A DNA stretch of 32,883 nt from Candidatus Asgardarchaeum abyssi (GTDB taxonomy: Archaea > Asgardarchaeota > Asgardarchaeia > Asgardarchaeales > Asgardarchaeaceae): NCBI GenBank assembly GCA_040225955.1, contig JBECUL010000023.1:1-32883 (forward strand). The letters are read 5' to 3'. The first letter of the stretch is position 1. Every line of letters begins with the position of its first letter. The notes under the pieces are model-generated. The model did not search any database, was not told the origin of the DNA, and saw only the letters and a program-made list of their open reading frames with translations. Positions 18,780 through 26,534 of this stretch are shown here, one piece after another. The translations under genes and the position numbers were made by a program.

Positions 18780-18920
18780 ATATGTCCGCCTGCTCCTGGA
18801 CGATGTCTCATTAATCGACATCGCCAGGCCAGCAGGCGGTCATCGTGTTGGCGGATGGTCAGCCGCTGGATCATCAAGGTGCGGTTCGCACCACTCACCA
18901 GCGTACACGAGATCCGCCGA
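18780..18920 (-). ncRNA. Two-hairpin box H/ACA guide sRNA
   Basis: GC island in an AT-rich spacer. Hairpin 1 (18918-18850): GGCGGAU/AUCCGCC stem, open pocket, CGCUGG/CCAGCG stem, K-turn (UGA / UUGAUGA), GGUGCG/CGCACC stem. Hinge ACACGA (18848-18843). Hairpin 2 (18839-18786): CCGCC/GGCGG stem, then CGAUGUC/GACAUCG capped by GA-UUAAU-GA (K-loop). ACA at 18785-18783. Both ACA boxes lie 15 nt from the base of their upper stems. Confidence 0.8.
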
Positions 18921-18937
18921 TTCCTCTAATTATTAGG

Positions 18938-18946
18938 TAATAAAAA
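18938..18946 (-). promoter_or_regulatory. Candidate TATA box (TTTTTATTA) for the H/ACA RNA
   Basis: Lies about 20-28 nt upstream of the first hairpin on the minus strand; the AT-rich background makes this weak evidence. Confidence 0.3.
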
Positions 18947-19169
18947 TAGTAATTTTAATTTTTCTTGGTCTAAAAATTATAAATTTTGTAAACTAACTAT
19001 ACGGAATTAAGGCTAATAACACATAGGAGAAAATGATAAATTTGAAAAAATAAGATTAACTTTACTAAAATAATGAGTTTATTGAAAGATTAAAGTTTTG
19101 TTAAAGGTTAAAGTAAAGTATTTATGTAGCGGATAATGAGATAATAATACTGAATAAGGAGGCCCTTTC

Positions 19170-19991
19170 TTGCCAATCGCGTTAGTAGTTCCTGTGGGGA
19201 TTTATGTTCAAAGGGTTTTGAAGGGGATATTGGATAAGATAACATTGGGGATTTCCAAGATTTATTTACTAGTGCAAAGCGGAGAGGATGAGTGGGCAAG
19301 AAAAACACATGAAAACTTAAGGAAAATCCTAAACATGTTAGGACCTCTAAAAAGCGTTACAAAACCTGTTGAGGTAAAGGACTTTACTGATTATACAGCT
19401 TGTTTTGAAATACTGTACAATCTGGTTAATCACTTGCATTCTGATAAAGACGTTAGCGAAATCTTCGTCGATATTACATCATCAACAAGGATATGGACCG
19501 TTGCAGCTACTTCCGTTGCCTCGCTTTTTAAAAATGTGAAGATATATTATGTTACAAAAGGTGAACCTCCAGAGAAATTATCTATTGAACAAAGATACCC
19601 TGAATGGGCAATTAATGATGAAGGAAGAGAGATTATTGAGATTGTACCACCTTTTTCTAATATTGAGGAAGTATTGGAAGATGAAATAGCCAAAAAGATT
19701 TTAATGCTTCTGTATCATCATCCAAATAATCAGTTTATCTCCCTTAGGGATTTAGCTCTCAAATTAGGTATTGCTAAGGGTAGAGAAAGAGTTAAAAGAA
19801 GTGATAAGTTAAAGCTGAGGAGGAAACTCTATAAGTTGAGGAATAAGGGGCTTATTTATATTCAACAATATACTGGTAGAGCGTTAATAATAAACTTAAC
19901 ATTATTTGGAAGAACATTAGCTCAAGTTTTAATAAAAAATCACAATGAAGGAGGCGAGGATGATGACAAATTATCCAGTAACGCCAGTTAG
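19170..19991 (+). CDS. CARF-like (DUF6293/Csa3-type) domain plus winged-HTH transcriptional regulator
   Basis: N-terminal VVPVG strand; IFVDITSSTR motif (CARF D-x-T/S-x-G-x-R/K-like); KIYYV; C-terminal wHTH (SLRDLALKL...LYKLRNKGLI...LTLFGR). Confidence 0.75.
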   Translation: MPIALVVPVGIYVQRVLKGILDKITLGISKIYLLVQSGEDEWARKTHENLRKILNMLGPLKSVTKPVEVKDFTDYTACFEILYNLVNHLHSDKDVSEIFVDITSSTRIWTVAATSVASLFKNVKIYYVTKGEPPEKLSIEQRYPEWAINDEGREIIEIVPPFSNIEEVLEDEIAKKILMLLYHHPNNQFISLRDLALKLGIAKGRERVKRSDKLKLRRKLYKLRNKGLIYIQQYTGRALIINLTLFGRTLAQVLIKNHNEGGEDDDKLSSNAS

Positions 19992-20220
19992 ATTACCAAA
20001 AAATGATTTAGAATTAATTGATTATCTTATTAAGCGAGGGGAATTTAAAAATAGATCGGAATTTATTCGATTTGCTATAAAATTAACATTAATAAAATTT
20101 ATTGAGAAAATAGCCTCTGAGAGCTTTATGAATAATAGTAATAGCCCAGTAACACAAAAAGATCTTGAATATTTTAAGAAGATGGCTAAGGAATTTGAGT
20201 CTTTGATTATGCGCAAATAA
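19960..20220 (+). CDS. Ribbon-helix-helix (CopG/Arc/MetJ) transcriptional regulator
   Basis: VRLPKNDLELIDYLIKRGEFKNRSEFIRFAI; GGAGG upstream of ATG 19960. Confidence 0.85.
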   Translation: MMTNYPVTPVRLPKNDLELIDYLIKRGEFKNRSEFIRFAIKLTLIKFIEKIASESFMNNSNSPVTQKDLEYFKKMAKEFESLIMRK

Positions 20221-20305
20221 GAACTTTTTTATTATTTTTCATACTATAATTTAAAATAAATAACATCATAATTTTGTTTTTATAATTCACTCTTGGTGAA
20301 AAAGT

Positions 20306-21934
20306 ATGTTGTTTAAAAAAGATTGGAAAACATGGGAAGAAATAGTCAAAGAATGGAACGACCTTACAAACGAATTATTCAGATACATGGATAAAGCCGC
20401 AGTTAGTAAAATTCTAAAGCTTTCAGCAAAAATAGAAAAATTAGCCAAAAAGCATAGTAAAAAATTGTATCATGAACATTATACTATGCTAATTTCTCTC
20501 CTAGAACAATTATCTCAATATGGAGTTATAATAATTCGTGAATCTACACGAGAGGACCTCATGTGGAATTTTCAAAACTTAGTAGCACAAATACATTCCC
20601 TTTTAAATGATATTGTCTATTGGTTAAGGTATAAGCAACTATCTCCTAAACAATTTCAAACGGCTATGGCCACTCCGCAATATTACTATCCACAACATAC
20701 ACCATATACTTCAATGCCATATTATTCCATGGGATACACAATGAGCCCCATGAATCCCTATTACTATGCGCCAGGTTATTATGTTCCCTACCATCAAAGA
20801 GGTGGAGGTTTATCAGGACTCTTAGCATTACTTCTTCTGTATCGATTACTCTCAACACCTATGTACATGAGAGCATATCCAACTCCAACATATAGAGTTG
20901 CTACAAGGCCTCCAACAATAGATCCAAATATATTCTATAATGCAGTCTCTGATTTAAAGGCTACAATTGAACAGAATGCAGATTTTGTCAAAAAACAAGT
21001 AGGCCCTGATGGTTATAATAGGATAAAACAACAAGTTGATCAGCTCTTTAACTTGGCATTACAAGGAAAACAGACAGGTAGATTGTCTCCAGAAATTCTA
21101 CAGCAAGCAAATACAATAGTCAATAGGCTAATTGTGGATGCTAAACCATTAACAAAAGCAGCATTGCCATACATCATGGCAAGTATAAAATCATTAGGCG
21201 GAGCTATAGATGGAATTTTACAAAGAATAAGGACTAAAGGTATTATTGATTCTCAAGATTATTATCATTTACAGTCCCTCTATGGTCAGATGGTCAGCTT
21301 ATTACGTAGCTTGCCCCAGGATATTATTAAGAATATAGACCCCAATCTACTAAGTAATTCTCAAAGATGGATAACACAATATGGTAACCTCCTAAAGCAA
21401 ATTCAAGGAAATATAGGGAAACCTATTCCACCAAGCATAATAAATAACTTTCAACATATAGTTTCTGAGATTAATACCCATTCTGCAAGGTACATTTCGC
21501 AACTACCTGCTCAATTTCAGAATATACTTAATAAATCAACGCTTTCATCATTCAGAACAGGACAATTTGTTAATCCTCTAGCTCCTCTGTTTCAAAAGCA
21601 GATAAGCGCACCAACTCGATTACCTCAGTTACCAAAGGTGCATTTTCCAACAATACCTAGAGCAGTAGGTCAGCCTCCTAAGGTTTCAATACCTCAAGTA
21701 AAGGTACCCCAAATAAGGCTGCCAACTATACCAACCCGAGTTCCTCAAGGTATCAAGCCTCCTACAGTACCACCTGTCGCTATACCTAAAGTAAAACTTC
21801 CTGCTACTGGAAAGGCCGTTCAAGGACTATTTTCTGGGTTGTCATCACTCTCAAGGATGAATGTAAGAGTGGATTCAGCCATATCAGATGTTGGTAAAGT
21901 AATTGCAAGTTTATTAGGTGGAAAAAAGAAGTAA
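20306..21934 (+). CDS. Hypothetical low-complexity protein (helical N-domain, Tyr/Pro-rich tract, hydrophobic helix, Gln-rich helices, Pro-rich repeats)
   Basis: 542-aa ORF, GGTGA RBS, stop abuts the next ATG; no recognisable family. Confidence 0.8.
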   Translation: MLFKKDWKTWEEIVKEWNDLTNELFRYMDKAAVSKILKLSAKIEKLAKKHSKKLYHEHYTMLISLLEQLSQYGVIIIRESTREDLMWNFQNLVAQIHSLLNDIVYWLRYKQLSPKQFQTAMATPQYYYPQHTPYTSMPYYSMGYTMSPMNPYYYAPGYYVPYHQRGGGLSGLLALLLLYRLLSTPMYMRAYPTPTYRVATRPPTIDPNIFYNAVSDLKATIEQNADFVKKQVGPDGYNRIKQQVDQLFNLALQGKQTGRLSPEILQQANTIVNRLIVDAKPLTKAALPYIMASIKSLGGAIDGILQRIRTKGIIDSQDYYHLQSLYGQMVSLLRSLPQDIIKNIDPNLLSNSQRWITQYGNLLKQIQGNIGKPIPPSIINNFQHIVSEINTHSARYISQLPAQFQNILNKSTLSSFRTGQFVNPLAPLFQKQISAPTRLPQLPKVHFPTIPRAVGQPPKVSIPQVKVPQIRLPTIPTRVPQGIKPPTVPPVAIPKVKLPATGKAVQGLFSGLSSLSRMNVRVDSAISDVGKVIASLLGGKKK

Positions 21935-22387
21935 ATGGGTGATAATATGAGTGAAGAAAGTATCAAATTCCCAATTAAAAATTTAAAAATATATGATGAA
22001 TATGTACCTGTTTCAGCGGATATAAGCGTTAGAGAAGCAGCAAGAATAATGAGAGACTACGATATACCAGATTTAGTTATAGTCGACGAAAATAATGAGC
22101 CTCAGGGAATAGTAACAGCATTTCACTTAGTAAAAACTGTGCTTAGTGACGAAAATAAAAACCCAGATACTATAAAGATTTCAGAGATTATGGTTAAGGT
22201 TGACCCGCTTGATGCAAATACAGACTTACTTGACGCAGCTAATTATGTAAACGAGAAAAAACTGCCATTAGTTCCAGTAGTTGAAAATAGACAACTAATA
22301 GGAGTACTAACCACAGCTGACATTCTTTATGGATTACAAATGGTGTACGGAGCAGCTGAAGAGGAGAGTGAAAAAGAAAGAAGCTAA
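21935..22387 (+). CDS. CBS-pair protein
   Basis: SVREAARIM...LVIVD...GIVT and LLDAA...VPVVE...IGVLTTADIL repeats. Confidence 0.92.
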   Translation: MGDNMSEESIKFPIKNLKIYDEYVPVSADISVREAARIMRDYDIPDLVIVDENNEPQGIVTAFHLVKTVLSDENKNPDTIKISEIMVKVDPLDANTDLLDAANYVNEKKLPLVPVVENRQLIGVLTTADILYGLQMVYGAAEEESEKERS

Positions 22388-22425
22388 GAAAAAACCCTTA
22401 AAATTTTTATATTTTTTAAATTTAT

Positions 22426-24033
22426 ATGTTTCTAGGATTCATAGGAGGCTTTTTCGTGTGCATAATACTTACGATAAATATCACACCAAGGAAGGCTGTT
22501 TATAGGAAATTTGATGAGGTTACATTTAATATTAAAATAAAGAATATTTGTACTAAGCTTATTCATATCAAATCTGTGGAGAATGTAATTCCTGAGGGAT
22601 TTAAGCTTTATAAGGTTTCTCCCTCTGGGTTAAAACAACGCTTCAATGAAAGAAAAAGAAGTATAGCTATTAAGAAGGATTTATCGACTCATGAGGAATT
22701 TGAAATAAATATATTAGCAATAGCAGTAAATGAAATAAAATCCGTCTTTGCGCCCATTGTAAAGGCGGATAGGAAAACATATAAAGTAGAAGGAATTCCT
22801 ATAAATATAACTCCACCATACATAGTTACTCAAGAGCCATTTGCAATATCAGGAGATATCGCAATAGAACCTGAAGGTAGGCCTGGAAGTACAGTAAATC
22901 TAATTCTTTCAATAAAGAACAACATGCCTGATGTTGTCTCAACTGTAATACTCTATGATGTGATACCTAAAGATATTGTTTCGGATATATTTTTTGAATT
23001 GGGCAAGGTAGAAGGGCTAAGAATAAATGATACAAGTATTGCTATCTTTAAAAACTTCGATCCAGGAGTCCCACTTAAAATTATAATTCCTATGAAAATT
23101 AAATCATTTTCAGAACTTGAGAAAATGTTTAAAGATCTCTCAACGATGGCATTTATAAAAAGAGAAATAAAACCACAAGTCTTATGTAAATTTGGAGAGG
23201 TTGTTATTAGAAATCCAGAGAATGTTACTTTCTACGGCAACAAAGTAATCACTATAGATCTTAAACCAAAATTAGATGTTAAATTATTTGTAAATGGGAA
23301 AACAGCATTTGATGTGACAGATGTTATTGCTGGTAAGAATGTTAAATTTTTATATCTAATTAAAAAAATAGGTGGAACGATAGAGAATATTAAAATTATT
23401 GACTTCATACCAAAGAACTTTGAAATCAAAAAAACACCTTCCAACATAATGGTAGAGGAGGACGAAAGTGGAATATATATGTTAACCATACCTAAAATGA
23501 AAAGTGATAAAAAGAAATTATCATTTTTGGTTACCGTATCTAAAGATGTAGGAGTATACGCGATAAATCCTCAAGTAAAAGTACAGCAACTTGGTCTTGA
23601 TTTGCCGTTAGGTACATTTAAAATTAGAGTAATTAAAGAGAAAGCCGAGTTTGTATATGATGTAGAATATAGTAGAGTCATGCCAGTCCGGATTGGTGAT
23701 AAATTTGATATTCTCATAAAAGCAAAAAACAGTGGAGACGATTTCGCAGAGAATATTTACATCAGAAATTTACCTGTTGATTTCTTGGACCTACGAAATA
23801 TTAGAGTGACTTTTCCTGAGATCAAAACAATACCAATAGAAGATCTTGCTACAACGCAACTTATTAAAAAACTCAAACCAAAAGGAGAGATTCACATAAT
23901 AATATCTGCAATAGCAAAAAAGATACCTGAGGAGACATTAAGTCTCGAGTTCGTATGGATGGACAAAAACAAAAAGGAATTTTTGGATACCATCTACCTA
24001 GAGAATTTAAAAATAAAGGAAAGAGAGGTATAA
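22426..24033 (+). CDS. Tandem Ig-like beta-sandwich protein (DUF11/CARDB-like, about 4 repeats)
   Basis: Repeated motifs F-x-I-x-I-K-N...I-x-[DE]-x-IPxxF (ENVIPEGF, YDVIPKDI, IDFIPKNF, RNLPVDF). The true start may be GTG 22456, after GGAGG. Confidence 0.6.
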   Translation: MFLGFIGGFFVCIILTINITPRKAVYRKFDEVTFNIKIKNICTKLIHIKSVENVIPEGFKLYKVSPSGLKQRFNERKRSIAIKKDLSTHEEFEINILAIAVNEIKSVFAPIVKADRKTYKVEGIPINITPPYIVTQEPFAISGDIAIEPEGRPGSTVNLILSIKNNMPDVVSTVILYDVIPKDIVSDIFFELGKVEGLRINDTSIAIFKNFDPGVPLKIIIPMKIKSFSELEKMFKDLSTMAFIKREIKPQVLCKFGEVVIRNPENVTFYGNKVITIDLKPKLDVKLFVNGKTAFDVTDVIAGKNVKFLYLIKKIGGTIENIKIIDFIPKNFEIKKTPSNIMVEEDESGIYMLTIPKMKSDKKKLSFLVTVSKDVGVYAINPQVKVQQLGLDLPLGTFKIRVIKEKAEFVYDVEYSRVMPVRIGDKFDILIKAKNSGDDFAENIYIRNLPVDFLDLRNIRVTFPEIKTIPIEDLATTQLIKKLKPKGEIHIIISAIAKKIPEETLSLEFVWMDKNKKEFLDTIYLENLKIKEREV

Positions 24034-24072
24034 TATTATTTTATTTTAAATTTAATTCTTAATGTTTTATGT

Positions 24073-24678
24073 TTAATATCTAATTTCTACTTTTTTATTC
24101 AATCTCAAAATTGAATTTGGCAGAAATTCTATTAAGCAATCAAAGTTCTCCGAAAACTCCTTAGGGGTGAAGCAAATTGGCCTATAAGTTCCTTCAATAA
24201 TATAATCAAATAAATAAACTCTGATTTCTTTTTCTAAATCTGCTAACATCGGAATCGCTAAATAAAAATCAGAAATATTGCGTCGATATTGTTTAGAGCC
24301 GATATGTTGCTTTTTGAAAAAAATGGAGGGCATTAAAAAAAGCAATGAGATATTATCTTGGTGATCTAGTTGTCTATTTAAGTTATTAAATATAGCCTCT
24401 AGATGCTCAAAAGTTTTAGGTGAGTAATAGTGAATAATTTGCTCCTTTATATAACTTACATTGACTCCAATTCTATTTGCAATGCTTACAAGCTTATTAT
24501 AATTAAAAATATGAGAGAAGTCCATAATCACAATTTTTCCATGCATATTTTCAACAATTTCAACTATTAATTCGTATAGGAAAATGTGGAAATCTGAGTT
24601 TTGACATACTCCTACGGCAAGACTATAACATTCCGATAAATTCATATTTTGTAAAACTATAGGCAATATAGATTTCAA
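24073..24678 (-). CDS. Degenerate RadA/Rad51-fold protein lacking Walker A
   Basis: GKIVIMDFSHIFNYNKLVSIANRIGV...IKEQI resembles the Rad51 'AxYIDTExxFRPERLxxIAxRxG...VLDNI' segment; no GxxxxGK[ST]. Confidence 0.55.
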   Translation of the reverse strand: MKSILPIVLQNMNLSECYSLAVGVCQNSDFHIFLYELIVEIVENMHGKIVIMDFSHIFNYNKLVSIANRIGVNVSYIKEQIIHYYSPKTFEHLEAIFNNLNRQLDHQDNISLLFLMPSIFFKKQHIGSKQYRRNISDFYLAIPMLADLEKEIRVYLFDYIIEGTYRPICFTPKEFSENFDCLIEFLPNSILRLNKKVEIRY

Positions 24679-24706
24679 AATCTTTCACCAGGGAGAGATA
24701 TTAAAA

Positions 24707-25591
24707 ATGCATATATTTATTTTTGGGATTTTCCCTGAGGATTCAGGGAAGACAATAGTTGCTCAAGGACTTTTAAAACTTTTAAGTGAAAAATATTCGG
24801 TGGATATAGCACCGTTTAAACCCATATCTGGTCATAATTACTGGAGGCAATATGAAACAGTAATTCTAAACAAGAGGTTAGGTATGCTTTTTGGATCAGA
24901 CATTTATAGAATGATGAGTACTGCTAGATCCTCTGTGAATATGGATGAAATATGCATTCATAATCCCATTACATTTTTATTCTCACCAGTTGATATTAAC
25001 AAAGCCTTAGAATTAAGGATGGAAATAGATCAGCTTCTAGACGAAACATTTAGTAAGAATTTAATTTTAACAAAGCTAACAAAAGTTACTTTCAGCAACG
25101 ATAAAAAAGTTGAAAACATATACTTCTTTAACGAGTCACTAGCAAACAGACTAATTTTTGATAACGAGTTAGTAACTATTCTTAAAAATAGTGAAAATTC
25201 CGAACTTAAAATAATCACCGATTCGATGGATGCTGTATATTTTATAAAAGATCATGGAGATGAAAGTATTGCTTCTTGCTTCAAATACCTTAGTAAGAAA
25301 TTTTCATACATTCTAACTGAAAGTTTTAACAATGCTGTATTACCATGGTCAGGGGTTTTGGAATCAGATATTCAAATTGCAGTAGCTCCAGGTTACATCT
25401 TCATTTTTGAAAAGGATTTATTCATCAGAACTATAAAAAACCTTATAAATTTCTATGGAGCTGAAATCACAGCACCAAAATTGTTTAGAGTTATTACTCC
25501 AAAACAAAAAATAAGAATCCCACTAAGATTCGATGACAAAAATATTGATGTTCTAGATGACGTAGTAAAGATTATACTTAATGCGGAATAG
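24707..25591 (+). CDS. Archaeal predicted P-loop ATPase/GTPase (COG4028-like)
   Basis: GIFPEDSGKT, FKPISGHNYW, GSDI, NP, ILTESFNN, VAPG motifs. Confidence 0.75.
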   Translation: MHIFIFGIFPEDSGKTIVAQGLLKLLSEKYSVDIAPFKPISGHNYWRQYETVILNKRLGMLFGSDIYRMMSTARSSVNMDEICIHNPITFLFSPVDINKALELRMEIDQLLDETFSKNLILTKLTKVTFSNDKKVENIYFFNESLANRLIFDNELVTILKNSENSELKIITDSMDAVYFIKDHGDESIASCFKYLSKKFSYILTESFNNAVLPWSGVLESDIQIAVAPGYIFIFEKDLFIRTIKNLINFYGAEITAPKLFRVITPKQKIRIPLRFDDKNIDVLDDVVKIILNAE

Positions 25592-25650
25592 TAAAAATAT
25601 AAAGGACCTTTCAATTTAAAAGAGTAAATATTTCATTTACTATAAGAAGG

Positions 25651-26505
25651 GTGTTCAAAATGAAGCAAAACATAGCAATTCAACTCCAAAATGAGGAGAA
25701 AAAGATTGCAGAAAAAATGGGAAAAATAAAACACAAAATATTGATTTTTAGTGGTAAAGGTGGTGTTGGTAAATCTACAGTCTCAGCAAATCTTGCATTT
25801 GGATTAGCGCATAAGGGATTCTCAGTCGGAGTTCTAGATGCTGATTTCCACGGCCCCGATATACCATTATTAATGGGAGTGCAAGACAAAAAGCCAACTG
25901 TAGATGCTGAAACAAATGAAATAATACCAGTCATTGGACCTCTTGGAATAAAAATAATGTCAATCGGCTTTTTAATTGACGATCCAAACAGACCAGTTGT
26001 TTGGAGAGGGCCTTTGAAACTTAAAGCTATTAGAGAGTTTCTTATGAATGTAAAATGGGGTGAAATGGACTTTCTAATTGTCGACTTCCCACCAGGTACA
26101 GGAGACGAGATTTTAACAGCTATGCAATCCATCCCAAATATTGACGGAACAATAGTCGTAACAACGCCTCAAGAAGTTGCATTACTCGATTCAAGAAAAG
26201 CTGTTACAATGTCAAAATTGCTAAATGTACCACTATTAGGAGTAATTGAAAACATGGCAGGGTTCATATGTCCTCACTGCGGCCAGAAAACGTATATATT
26301 CGGTATAGGTGGAGGTGAAAATGCCGCAAAACAGCTTGGCGTAGATTTTCTTGGACGATTACCATTAGATGTTAGAGTTCGTGAGTTATCTGATGAGGGA
26401 AAGCCTTTCATTATTGAATATCCAGAAGCTGAAGTTTCCCGAGCTTTTATGGAAATAGTAGATAAAATTTTAGAAAAAGTTGGAAAAAAGGATAGCAGCA
26501 ATTGA
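25651..26505 (+). CDS. mrp: Mrp/NBP35 (ApbC) Fe-S cluster carrier ATPase
   Basis: SGKGGVGKSTV, DADFHGP, VVWRGP, DFPPGTGD, VTTPQ, ENMAGFICPHC. Confidence 0.95.
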   Translation: MFKMKQNIAIQLQNEEKKIAEKMGKIKHKILIFSGKGGVGKSTVSANLAFGLAHKGFSVGVLDADFHGPDIPLLMGVQDKKPTVDAETNEIIPVIGPLGIKIMSIGFLIDDPNRPVVWRGPLKLKAIREFLMNVKWGEMDFLIVDFPPGTGDEILTAMQSIPNIDGTIVVTTPQEVALLDSRKAVTMSKLLNVPLLGVIENMAGFICPHCGQKTYIFGIGGGENAAKQLGVDFLGRLPLDVRVRELSDEGKPFIIEYPEAEVSRAFMEIVDKILEKVGKKDSSN

Positions 26506-26534
26506 GACAGATAACCAAAACGGAAAAATAAAAA

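Noticed and set aside
18780-18920. GC island as tRNA, SRP RNA, SECIS or CRISPR repeat
   Set aside because: No cloverleaf or T-loop in the proper context, too short for archaeal SRP, no linked in-frame-UGA gene, and no repeat-spacer periodicity. The ACA spacing and K-turns fit H/ACA on the minus strand only.
19170-20220. CRISPR-Cas locus or toxin-antitoxin pair
   Set aside because: No array or cas genes are present in the window, and no PIN/RelE/HEPN toxin lies next to the RHH gene.
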